From positions 1 to 61,199 of IMG/VR virus record IMGVR_UViG_3300025141_000092: 61,199 nt of DNA; one strand, given 5' to 3'. The stretch is from a virus (Duplodnaviria; Caudoviricetes). Below are positions 38,363 through 47,266 of the stretch, piece after piece (position 1 is the stretch's first letter; every line of letters begins with the position of its first letter). The position numbers and the translations under genes are program-made. The notes under the pieces were generated by a model. It was given only the letters and a program-made list of their open reading frames with translations, did not search any database and was not told the origin of the DNA.

Positions 38363-40291
38363 TTAAAACTCCCCTACCTCCACTGGTCGGTTCTCCCACA
38401 TATCTGCCCCACCTGGGTAGGTCTTTAGTGCGTCTCTAATTTCTACTAACAACTCGTGAGTTGTCTCCTCTCGCTCTTTTGCGCCACCAAGAGTATCTGC
38501 CTCTAAAGGAATACCAGCCACCGTAGCCACATCCCGCACTAATTGACTAGCAAAGAACCCCATTCGTGTAGGAGAAGTATCCCACCCCTCATTATCTACT
38601 TTATCAGCAACCTTTCCCGTATTTTCCGCAGTCCGCCCTAAAAGCTGTGCGACTATATCGGGCCAAGTACCAAATAATTTCGTACCTAAATCTCCCTTCC
38701 CAAGTCCCTCTATAAAACCCTCACCTACTGATTTTCCGTACTTCTCCCCGAACTTATCGCCCGTCATACCTAACATAGTGTCTGGGCCTGCCCAGTCGGA
38801 GAGGGTAGGTAAATTCATGCCCATAGGACCCATAGAACTTCCTAATCCCTTTCGCGCTCCTCTAGCTTGATCCAACTGCGTCTGTAGGCCCTTAAGCTCC
38901 CATTCCATAAACTCCTTATTCTTATACTCGTCGGTACCGAAAGGGAGTCCTGAGGGGAGCCTCTGTCCCATATGTGATCTCGGATCTAAGGAGGCAATAG
39001 CTATGCTTAGTTTTTGTGAGCCTACATCAAACGCAGAAGTTAGTACGTCTACGCTTGCTGAAATCTTGTCCACGATTAGTGAGATTCGTGCGCTTACATC
39101 ACTAAAGATTACAGACATCGTATCCCCTGCAAATACGAAAATCTCTTTTGTGCGATCCCATATAGATGCAGCGCCGACCTTAAATTGCATCCACAGGTGT
39201 CCCCAATCAATAGCCGTTAAACCTTTCCACACTCCATCTACCGCATTAGTGAAATCTATGAGAACTCCTGGGAGAAGTGCTACCCACCCTATAAGAACAT
39301 TTATTGCCATTTCAAGCCACTGCCCAAATTTAGGAAGTAGATCATCACTCATTAGTTTAAATTTTTCAGCAACTTTAACAAGGATAGGAGTGAGCTTCTC
39401 CATAAAAACAAGCTCGAATTCGGCAAGAATATCATTCTTAATAACAGACCACGCTGCTCTGAAGTCTGCCGTTGTCTCTCTACGCACACGTACTTCTTCT
39501 GTTAAGGCTCGATTAATAGCGGGCATCATAGCTGCCGTAGTTCCAAGAGCGTTTTTAGCTGCAGCAATAGCGACAGTACTTCCTTTACCCATAGATTCAA
39601 AGACCCCAGTACCTACCCCTATATTTCTAATGAATATCTCAACGGCTGTCGCAGTATTTAGAGAGTTTATAAGCTGCTGTTGGGCTCCCTCCATACCTAA
39701 AGCTGTCCGTTGCTGCAGGGCTTTCATGCTAGTGCCTAAGATAAGATCAGTAACCTTTTTAAATTGCCCATGTAGCGCAGGTGGGAGCATCGCAGTTACT
39801 TCGACTATAGCATCGACAACATGCCCAGGCATCCCCAGTAAATCTATATCAATCATATTGTCCGATAACCCGTCAACAGCTTTAACCAGGAGATCGGTAC
39901 TCATCCCGTACTCAGCCCCTAAATCTTCCATCCCCCTAAAGAGTCGGTTGTTAGCCTCTCGGCTCATGCCCATCACAGCATCTAATTTAGCAAACGCCTT
40001 CATTGTTCCTCTGAAGGCTGTTTCTGTTACTTTTTGCTGGTTAACAAGTGAGGCAACCCCTGCGATATTTCCTTGAAGTCCTGCCTGCATTCCCAGCAAA
40101 AGAGGAGCCATACGATCACTTATAGTGCCATTAAGACCTCGCAACTGATCTGAAATCTCTTTCCCGTCTAATGCAAAAGAAGTACCAAACCCACGAAGAG
40201 ATTCATCTATTTGTGTGCCTATACGCACACTATTCTTCATCACATCAGTAAGTGCTACAGTGGCTTGTGTTAGTGACTCCAGTATTACCAT
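38363..40291 (-). CDS. Tape measure protein
   Basis: 642 aa, helical, Ala/Gly/Met-rich with spaced Trp/Phe; lies upstream of the tube initiator and gp53. Confidence 0.7.
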   Translation of the reverse strand: MVILESLTQATVALTDVMKNSVRIGTQIDESLRGFGTSFALDGKEISDQLRGLNGTISDRMAPLLLGMQAGLQGNIAGVASLVNQQKVTETAFRGTMKAFAKLDAVMGMSREANNRLFRGMEDLGAEYGMSTDLLVKAVDGLSDNMIDIDLLGMPGHVVDAIVEVTAMLPPALHGQFKKVTDLILGTSMKALQQRTALGMEGAQQQLINSLNTATAVEIFIRNIGVGTGVFESMGKGSTVAIAAAKNALGTTAAMMPAINRALTEEVRVRRETTADFRAAWSVIKNDILAEFELVFMEKLTPILVKVAEKFKLMSDDLLPKFGQWLEMAINVLIGWVALLPGVLIDFTNAVDGVWKGLTAIDWGHLWMQFKVGAASIWDRTKEIFVFAGDTMSVIFSDVSARISLIVDKISASVDVLTSAFDVGSQKLSIAIASLDPRSHMGQRLPSGLPFGTDEYKNKEFMEWELKGLQTQLDQARGARKGLGSSMGPMGMNLPTLSDWAGPDTMLGMTGDKFGEKYGKSVGEGFIEGLGKGDLGTKLFGTWPDIVAQLLGRTAENTGKVADKVDNEGWDTSPTRMGFFASQLVRDVATVAGIPLEADTLGGAKEREETTHELLVEIRDALKTYPGGADMWENRPVEVGEF

Positions 40292-40294
40292 TAA

Positions 40295-40723
40295 TTACTC
40301 TCTAGGTGCTCTACGAATTCGATAGATATTTCCCCACACATTATTTCCTGGTCCTTTAGTTAAAATGTAAGTTCTATATCCATGCGCAGGTTGGGCTAAT
40401 AAACTGGTCAAAGTTGTAATTTTCTTCTTCTTCCAATCATCGGCCCTCTGTTTATATAGATTATCTAGCTCTTGTTGGTCAAAATCCATGTCTGGGAGCT
40501 TAAAGCAGGTCAACAATAGATTACCTGTTTTAGCATCTTTAACCACGGGGGTTACTGCCATGACAAAGCGAAACTCTCGGGATCTTTCCATCTCATATCG
40601 AAAGAATAGTATATCCCCAGGTCTGGCAGCAGATATAGAGCGTGTGACGATGGATACGTCGGTATCCTCATCCTTTGAGGCTGTTACCAAAAAATTTCTA
40701 ACTTTCTCACTGAATAATCCCAT
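40295..40723 (-). CDS. Hypothetical protein, weak resemblance to gp2 DNA-end protector
   Basis: PGDILFFRY...GYRTY pattern only. Confidence 0.45.
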   Translation of the reverse strand: MGLFSEKVRNFLVTASKDEDTDVSIVTRSISAARPGDILFFRYEMERSREFRFVMAVTPVVKDAKTGNLLLTCFKLPDMDFDQQELDNLYKQRADDWKKKKITTLTSLLAQPAHGYRTYILTKGPGNNVWGNIYRIRRAPRE

Positions 40724-40758
40724 ACCTTTATATATTATATATTAGAATAGGCTTAAAC

Positions 40759-41058
40759 ATGTACAATGAAAATACGGATATAGATATTATTGATTTTCTG
40801 GATCTTATAAACGACACCCTTAGTTCCTCCTTTGTAGAAAGATGGAGATATAAATATTCAGAAAAATTTATAAAGCACTTTCAGCTTAAACTTCTCGCTT
40901 CTCTTAATAAACAAAAGCCCATAAAGATAGAGATGCTTTATAACTACTTAACTAAGAAATGTAAGTACTCGCCTGACCAAGTACTTCAGTTTTTTGAATC
41001 TATAGAAATAGAGATTTTCTCCCCGTTTATTTTCGGGAAGTTGAAGCTTTCTTCTTAG
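40759..41058 (+). CDS. Hypothetical protein
   Basis: Intact 99-aa ORF filling the gap. Confidence 0.6.
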   Translation: MYNENTDIDIIDFLDLINDTLSSSFVERWRYKYSEKFIKHFQLKLLASLNKQKPIKIEMLYNYLTKKCKYSPDQVLQFFESIEIEIFSPFIFGKLKLSS

Positions 41059-41812
41059 CTTTAAGCTCTGTAACTTTTTTAGTTACGTCTTCGGTAGTGC
41101 AGTATTCGGGGCAAGCACCCTTATAAGGGCACCAGTTACAGAAATCATTCCTACTGGGTCGAAGGTCTTCTTTTTTTGCCTTTCTAATCTTCCAGACATG
41201 ATCCACAATGGTTCGTAAATGTTGATTAATTTGAGGCACTGAATATTGAACAGTAACTAGGTTATTTGTTAAGGGGTAGTAATGAGCGGCTACAATTTGA
41301 TTATACGGTACATTGTATAATTTACTGATTGCATACACGTACCCTTTTAGTTGGCTATCTTGGTAAAGCTCTACTTTTGATTTTTCTCTTTTAGAAGTCT
41401 TATAATCAATAACAAGGTACCCTCCGTCTGTGCCTTTTACTACACGGTCAATAATTCCATTAAGAGTGATATCATCTTTAATAGGAACTTCGAAGACTTG
41501 CTCCGTAGACACCGACTCTGACAGTTGGGAATTAAATTTTAGAAAATTCTCTATACAGATAACATCTTTGCCTGTATATTTTTTTGTAATTTTATAAGTC
41601 CCTCGGGTCTCTTCTGCAATTTTAAGGAGTTGATCCTTTGTTGTAGCGTTTACCCCTTCTTCAAGGACTTTGTGGATGTAGGACCCAAAGTGAAGGGCTT
41701 CTGTGTTGGTCTCAGTGGGCTCAGGGAGCCTCTCGACATAGCGATAGCGATATTTCAGGCCGCATTGCCGAAAAGTCTGGTACTTCGACTCTGATATAGT
41801 AGATATGAACAT
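41027..41812 (-). CDS. PD-(D/E)xK exonuclease (RecB/AddB/Cas4-like, probable Fe-S cluster)
   Basis: ISES...C (N-terminal), GSYIH, GIIDR, VIDYKTS, QLKGY and CNWCPYKGAC motifs; GAGGTG RBS. Confidence 0.88.
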   Translation of the reverse strand: MFISTISESKYQTFRQCGLKYRYRYVERLPEPTETNTEALHFGSYIHKVLEEGVNATTKDQLLKIAEETRGTYKITKKYTGKDVICIENFLKFNSQLSESVSTEQVFEVPIKDDITLNGIIDRVVKGTDGGYLVIDYKTSKREKSKVELYQDSQLKGYVYAISKLYNVPYNQIVAAHYYPLTNNLVTVQYSVPQINQHLRTIVDHVWKIRKAKKEDLRPSRNDFCNWCPYKGACPEYCTTEDVTKKVTELKAKKKASTSRK

Positions 41813-42794
41813 TGTGTCACCTCAATACATTAGAGACTACCTCCTTGAGAATTTTGGAGATAGCGGCAAACTATCGGCAAATAATGCCGAATTCATCATG
41901 CCCTCTTTATTTATACCTGATGACTGGAAAAGACATCTCAGCATCAATATAGAGACTGGGCTGTGGCAGTGCTTCAAATCTGGTAAAAAGGGAAATTTCG
42001 TAGGATTTTATGCCGAAGTAGAGGGGATAAGTTACCTTAAAGCTCAAACTGATTTGATCCTAAAAAACTTTGATTTCATAGGTGTAGAGCCTATTGCCGA
42101 AGAAAAAGTACCTAAAAAGAACGCAGAGATAGACCCTTCTTCTCTTACACCTATCAATATCGAGTCGGCTTACAGCGAAGATGCAGCCGTTCAAAACGCA
42201 TGGTCCTTTCTTTTTGGAAGAAAATTATTTAACGAGGAGACTTTTGAATCTGAGCCGTTTTATCTTTGTTCCGAAGGGAGATTCGCAGGAAGGCTAATAA
42301 TTCCCTTTGCTAAAGATGGCAGCGTATACTACTTCCAGGCTAGAGCACTAGGAGATCAAAGTCCCAAGTATCTTAACCCTGCTTCTGAAGGGGCTGTAAG
42401 GTCCTCTGACGTACTTTACCCCTTCGATGAGTCCCAAGACTATGTGGTGGTCTGTGAAGGCCCCCTGGACGCTGTAGCGCTTCTCAGGCAACGTATTAAC
42501 GCCACCTGCACCATCGGCAGTAGTTGCTCTAAAGCGCAGGCAGAAATACTTCGTGATTTTGGAGGGAAAATTATCCTAGGATACGATAATGACGCTGCAG
42601 GGCAAAAAGGTATTAGATCATTCGAGCGTCTTAGAAAAGAAATGAGGATGACAGGATTTGCGGTCTGCCCACCACCCTCGGGATACAAGGATTGGAATGA
42701 AGCTCATATTGATGGGGAGAACCTCAACTCCTGGGTTGTTAATAATTCAGTACCTTATGATTTCGAGTACCAAATTAAAGCTGGACTAAACTAA
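41805..42794 (+). CDS. DNA primase (TOPRIM)
   Basis: IIPF...YFQAR, PKYLNP, VCEGPLDA, YDNDAAGQKG and KDWNE motifs; the Zn-binding domain is degenerate (WQCFKSG only). Confidence 0.9.
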   Translation: MNIVSPQYIRDYLLENFGDSGKLSANNAEFIMPSLFIPDDWKRHLSINIETGLWQCFKSGKKGNFVGFYAEVEGISYLKAQTDLILKNFDFIGVEPIAEEKVPKKNAEIDPSSLTPINIESAYSEDAAVQNAWSFLFGRKLFNEETFESEPFYLCSEGRFAGRLIIPFAKDGSVYYFQARALGDQSPKYLNPASEGAVRSSDVLYPFDESQDYVVVCEGPLDAVALLRQRINATCTIGSSCSKAQAEILRDFGGKIILGYDNDAAGQKGIRSFERLRKEMRMTGFAVCPPPSGYKDWNEAHIDGENLNSWVVNNSVPYDFEYQIKAGLN

Positions 42795-43356
42795 TATCAA
42801 AATTCGGGCACTGAGTTTGCGCTGCTTCCGCAACTTTCATAAAGTTTGAATTAAATTGACTAGAAGTGTCGAGGGGAGTATTTAGCGTATACGCTCCTGG
42901 AATTCTGCTTGTTACAACATTAGCATTTCGTGAACAATTACTTGCAACATCTGTAATTAGTGCTTTTCGTCTCGTTATTCCCGCTGCCGTAGTCCAGAAA
43001 GTTCCTGATAAGCCCCATCCGCCAACGTCACTGTCAGAGATGTAATCTATATCCATAGCAGAAAACCCACCGCTACAATAGGAAGCAGGTATAATTGATT
43101 GATTTACTTGTACGTCGAAATTTACGTCAACATAAGTAAAAGAAATTGAGGGACACCCAGAGAGTGCCCCGCCCCCTGCTGCTTGTGGAGTACTATTAAA
43201 AACCCAAGCTCGTGTCCACATCCCCGTTAGGTTTTGAATGCTAAAGAACCAATCAATAAATTCGCATGAAGATGAGTCTCCTGATGCATTAAGTTGGTTA
43301 AAACTGGGGTTAAAAGCTGAATTTTCTTTTGCTGTTCTTGAGCCTGCTAGTGCCAT
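42775..43356 (-). CDS. Hypothetical (probably virion) protein
   Basis: GAGGA RBS; late-promoter-like GTACATA upstream. Confidence 0.6.
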   Translation of the reverse strand: MALAGSRTAKENSAFNPSFNQLNASGDSSSCEFIDWFFSIQNLTGMWTRAWVFNSTPQAAGGGALSGCPSISFTYVDVNFDVQVNQSIIPASYCSGGFSAMDIDYISDSDVGGWGLSGTFWTTAAGITRRKALITDVASNCSRNANVVTSRIPGAYTLNTPLDTSSQFNSNFMKVAEAAQTQCPNFDISLVQL

Positions 43357-43419
43357 AAAAAATGTCCTCTAACTTATGTACCGTGCAGAGAACCTTTTTT
43401 GGTTATTCTTTTTATAAAA

Positions 43420-44427
43420 TTATTTTATAACAAAGTAGAAGGGACCTTGAATATAATTTTGATCTAAAATCGAGTATGCACAATTTATAGCATATGTCCC
43501 CACTGGTCCTCCCAAAGTATCGGCATTGGCTGCTGTAGCGATAGCTTGGGTATCAAAATTGTATAGCATGGTGTTATCTGATGTTACTGTAATGCTGCCT
43601 TCGCTATCACTATACTCAACTACGGTCACTCGTGCAGGTAAATTAACAGAACCGTCATTAAGTTTTTGAACCCTAAATTGCGCGTTTCTTAAAGCAGAGT
43701 CCTCTAGGATAGCTTTTGTTGCATTATCTAAACTGCCATTTTGGACTGTAATATCGGTTGTTACTTTTAAGTCTGTCTGTGAGCCTAAATTAACATGTTT
43801 ATTTATTAAGCGACTTGTAGCCGTAAATATAACGGGCTCTGTTATAGTTTGAAATACATCATTATACAGATGAAAACCATTTATCATAACTTGATATTCA
43901 GAGGCTTGAGCAAACTTAACCGTCCAAGCATCAAGGTAATCTAAAACAGCCGAAGCAGAGTTCTGCACTTCGATAGAACTACTATTCAAGTAGTAAGCGC
44001 CAGAAAGATCTAACTGCCCATCAAGAACGCATAAATAATCCCCAACCCCTAGTCGTATAATACCACTAGCTTCGGGAGAGGGGACATAAGCGGGAAACCA
44101 CCCAACATCCGCTAAGAAATTCGACGTAACTCTATATCGTTCATTAGTAGCATCATACCCTCCATCATGGGGATCCAAGGCTGTTCCTGAGATTCCATAC
44201 GACATTTTAATCATATCGGACGTTAGAGTACTTTTGAGTAACCCAGTAGAGCTATCTATTAAGCTGTCAGGAGCTAAATTATCTAATTTAGAGAAGATTA
44301 CTACACTACTAACATCGTAGGGATCAACATATTCTCCTCCATTAAGAAAAAAAGTTCTAAGTGCTACTTTTTGAGTAACGCTTGGCCTATTCTGCCTGTC
44401 AGCTAAATCTTCACCGTTTAATCGCAT
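43420..44427 (-). CDS. Hypothetical (probably virion) protein
   Basis: 335-aa beta-rich ORF downstream of the gp26/gp51-like pair. Confidence 0.6.
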   Translation of the reverse strand: MRLNGEDLADRQNRPSVTQKVALRTFFLNGGEYVDPYDVSSVVIFSKLDNLAPDSLIDSSTGLLKSTLTSDMIKMSYGISGTALDPHDGGYDATNERYRVTSNFLADVGWFPAYVPSPEASGIIRLGVGDYLCVLDGQLDLSGAYYLNSSSIEVQNSASAVLDYLDAWTVKFAQASEYQVMINGFHLYNDVFQTITEPVIFTATSRLINKHVNLGSQTDLKVTTDITVQNGSLDNATKAILEDSALRNAQFRVQKLNDGSVNLPARVTVVEYSDSEGSITVTSDNTMLYNFDTQAIATAANADTLGGPVGTYAINCAYSILDQNYIQGPFYFVIK

Positions 44428-44596
44428 CGTTTTGTCTCTCTATATCTTCTTTTAAAAGCTTTATGAAGGAACTTCTCTCCAATCTAGTCATGCTCTTAAC
44501 GTCACTGTAGGAGAAAAAACCTTTGTTCACAAGTATATAGGCTTCTTGTAGAAGAGACTCTACATCAATAACTCCCTCTAATTCGCGTCGAAAAAA
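44411..44596 (-). CDS. gp51-like frame, probably reached by -1 frameshift from gp26 (not in ORF track)
   Basis: The -1 frame reads FFRRELEGVIDVESLLQEAYILVNKGFFSYSDVKSMTRLERSSFIKLLKEDIERQNDAIKR* and has no well-placed start codon. Confidence 0.65.
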   Translation of the reverse strand, partial: FFRRELEGVIDVESLLQEAYILVNKGFFSYSDVKSMTRLERSSFIKLLKEDIERQNDAIKR

Positions 44597-45321
44597 TTTG
44601 CGTCGATAGGCAACTCCATAACTGATTGAGTATTGCAGGAATTACAGTCAAATCGAATTTTTGTTTCAACTCCATAATCGGTTTTCATAGCATTTAAAAT
44701 AGTCCTCATATCCTTAATGGGGAGTTTTTTCAAAACTTCAACAATGATCTGCTTATCTGTATAATCTTCAATCTGAACTACAAATCTCCAAATATTGGAT
44801 AATGCGTCTGAAGTAGTTTTCATGTATTTTTCGTCTCGAAGCCTAGGAATACGAACTTTTACATTTTTTTGAAGAGTAGGAAGTATAACTTCTATAGGGT
44901 CAGTAAAATCGTCTGGCACAGGATTAACATTTAAATCTGATAATGTAATAGTTGTGGGATTTTCCGATTTACAGGAAGGACAAATTAAAAGTGTATTATA
45001 ATCATCTCCATAAGAAATTTCTCTTAATTTCATTATGATATATAATTTATCCATAGGAAGAAGATCCCCAATATTTATATTTGTGGTACATCTTTCAATA
45101 ATTAAATTAATTGGATCTTGATTAGGAGAAGCACTTACTAACGCTTTCTCATCTTCAAACGTCATCGGACGTAATGTGATAATTCCGTCTGGGTCAGGTA
45201 AGGTGTATACTCTGTTTTCAGAAGGTAGCTCGATCTCTACCGCTGTTTCAGGGGGCAAGTTTTTTAATAACTCTTCAATAATATCTTGCTTCGCAGCATG
45301 GTCAGGCGCAATAGGTTTCAT
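44578..45321 (-). CDS. gp26: Baseplate hub assembly/tail chaperone gp26-like
   Basis: IELPS, LRPMTFEDEK, LREISYG, CPSC, CNSC and the C-terminal NFF. Confidence 0.8.
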   Translation of the reverse strand: MKPIAPDHAAKQDIIEELLKNLPPETAVEIELPSENRVYTLPDPDGIITLRPMTFEDEKALVSASPNQDPINLIIERCTTNINIGDLLPMDKLYIIMKLREISYGDDYNTLLICPSCKSENPTTITLSDLNVNPVPDDFTDPIEVILPTLQKNVKVRIPRLRDEKYMKTTSDALSNIWRFVVQIEDYTDKQIIVEVLKKLPIKDMRTILNAMKTDYGVETKIRFDCNSCNTQSVMELPIDANFFDAN

Positions 45322-45370
45322 ATAAGTTTCTCCAATAAATAGAAATGTTCCTATTACTATAATAGTAAGG

Positions 45371-46741
45371 ATGAAAATATATGTAAAAAATTTAAAGTCT
45401 AGACTAGAGACCGATAACCCCGACCTATTTAAAGCTCTTTATGACCTGTACTCCCATAGAGTGCCAGGTGCGTCGTATTCTCCTGCGTATAAACGCAGGC
45501 AGTGGGACGGAAAGATCCACTTTCTTTCCAGAAATGGAGCGTTTAGAACAGGGCTACTTTCAAAATTACTTGAAGATCTTAAAAAAATTGATTGCATTCC
45601 TGAAATTATAGAAGAAGAGATTTTTAATAAAAGTACTCCCAGCACCCCTAAAATCAAAGGATTCGAGTATTATTCATATCAAAAACAGCTAATAGACATC
45701 GCCCTAAAAGAGAAACGAGGAATTGTTAAGTCTCCCACGGGGTCTGGTAAAACCTTAATTATGGCGGGAATAATCAAGGCATTGCGTGGAAAAAAGATGG
45801 TGATCCTATTTAATGCGAAACAACTACTTACCCAAACTCATTCGTTTCTAAAGAACTCTTGTGGTATAAAGAATTTGGGTATTTGTTATGGGGAAGGTTA
45901 TGAGTACGGAGATATTATGCTGTGTACTGTTCAAAGTATAGAAAAAATACTTGAAACCCATTTAGAAGATACCGAAGTCCTTTTAATTGATGAATGCCAT
46001 GAATTCGCCAACGGTAAAACTACACTTCCCGCAATACAATCGTTTTCTAAAGCGCAGTATAGAATGGGCTTTACAGCTACCCCTCCTTCCGAAGATATCC
46101 CACGAAAAAATCTAGAGGGAGCTTTGGGGCCTGTATGGCAGGTCGTTGATACTGCTTCGTTAGTCGATGAAGGGAAGCTTAGTAAGCCCATAATTCAATT
46201 AATTAATCGCTCATACACCGCAAGCGGCTTAGACGAGGACTTAGGGTACCTGGATATATACAATGAATATATCGTCTATAATACAGAGAGAAATGAGATT
46301 ATTAGGAATATCGTAAATGACATCAAAACAAAACACCCAGAAGCTCGTATACTTATACTTACCAAATCACTTGATCATGGAAGAGCCCTGGAAGACTTAT
46401 TTGGAGGCGAATGCCAGTTCCTGGAGGGGGCTGATTCGATTGAAGAAAGGTATGAAGCTATATCTAGATTCAGAGGATGTAGAGAATCTAGCATCCTCAT
46501 TGGTACTAAAATACTCCAAACAGGGATTAACATTGAAGAAATCACCCACTTCATAAATGCTAGGGGAATGAAATCAGAAATAGCTACTTTACAAGCATTA
46601 GGAAGAGCGTTGCGGCGTCATGCTTCTAAAGACAAAGTATATGTATATGATTTTTTAGATAAAGAGAAATATCTTAGAGAGCATTCTATAGCAAGAAGAC
46701 GGCATTACGAGAGAGAGGGACACACCGTAGAGGTATTATGA
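45371..46741 (+). CDS. uvsW: SF2 DNA helicase (UvsW-like)
   Basis: WDGKIHF, PTGSGKT, DECH, GFTATP, TGINI and QALGRALR motifs. Confidence 0.9.
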   Translation: MKIYVKNLKSRLETDNPDLFKALYDLYSHRVPGASYSPAYKRRQWDGKIHFLSRNGAFRTGLLSKLLEDLKKIDCIPEIIEEEIFNKSTPSTPKIKGFEYYSYQKQLIDIALKEKRGIVKSPTGSGKTLIMAGIIKALRGKKMVILFNAKQLLTQTHSFLKNSCGIKNLGICYGEGYEYGDIMLCTVQSIEKILETHLEDTEVLLIDECHEFANGKTTLPAIQSFSKAQYRMGFTATPPSEDIPRKNLEGALGPVWQVVDTASLVDEGKLSKPIIQLINRSYTASGLDEDLGYLDIYNEYIVYNTERNEIIRNIVNDIKTKHPEARILILTKSLDHGRALEDLFGGECQFLEGADSIEERYEAISRFRGCRESSILIGTKILQTGINIEEITHFINARGMKSEIATLQALGRALRRHASKDKVYVYDFLDKEKYLREHSIARRRHYEREGHTVEVL

Positions 46742-46965
46742 AACATATTAATGATATTAAAAAATTAGAATTTTCTATTGTAGAAGAAGAGCGAAAGATA
46801 TTTCAAACTTGTAAAGAAGAATTAGATATCTTAGAAAAACAAGGAAAAGTTAATGAAGAATTAGTAAAAAAATTAGGAGTACTTATAACTCAACTAAATT
46901 CATTAAGAGAAGGGTACCTATGGAGAGTTATTAACTCAGCCAAACAAAATCATATGCTAAACTAG
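46738..46965 (+). CDS. Small hypothetical protein
   Basis: ATGA overlap with the helicase stop. Confidence 0.6.
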   Translation: MKHINDIKKLEFSIVEEERKIFQTCKEELDILEKQGKVNEELVKKLGVLITQLNSLREGYLWRVINSAKQNHMLN

Positions 46966-47026
46966 CATACTTAGGCACCTTTTCAGCAGTGCGCGGTTCT
47001 AGGCCACATCCACTTTTTCATTATTA

Positions 47027-47266
47027 TTATTCTATTACTCCTGGGACTATAATATCTGGGTTCTCTAATTTAAGTTTTAGTCCCCAATTCTCCATATCTC
47101 GTTGAGTCCACTGTTCGTCCAGACTATTCTCTAACATATCTAGCTTATAATTAATATTAGTAAGCTGGCTACTTATCCAAACTACACCTCCACAAAGGGC
47201 AATCACCATACCCATCGGCATTAATGTTTCTTTCGAGAGTACGTTTTTTTTATCTTGTGTAGCCAT
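47027..47266 (-). CDS. Small membrane protein (one TM segment plus coiled coil)
   Basis: LMPMGMVIALCGGVVWIS hydrophobic segment; coupled to the upstream gene. Confidence 0.6.
   Translation of the reverse strand: MATQDKKNVLSKETLMPMGMVIALCGGVVWISSQLTNINYKLDMLENSLDEQWTQRDMENWGLKLKLENPDIIVPGVIE

Noticed and set aside
39003-40076. 357-aa plus-strand ORF
   Set aside because: Antisense shadow of the tape measure; no recognisable motifs
41027-41812. Cas4 as part of a CRISPR-Cas system
   Set aside because: No cas1/cas2 or array nearby; solo PD-(D/E)xK nucleases are common in phages
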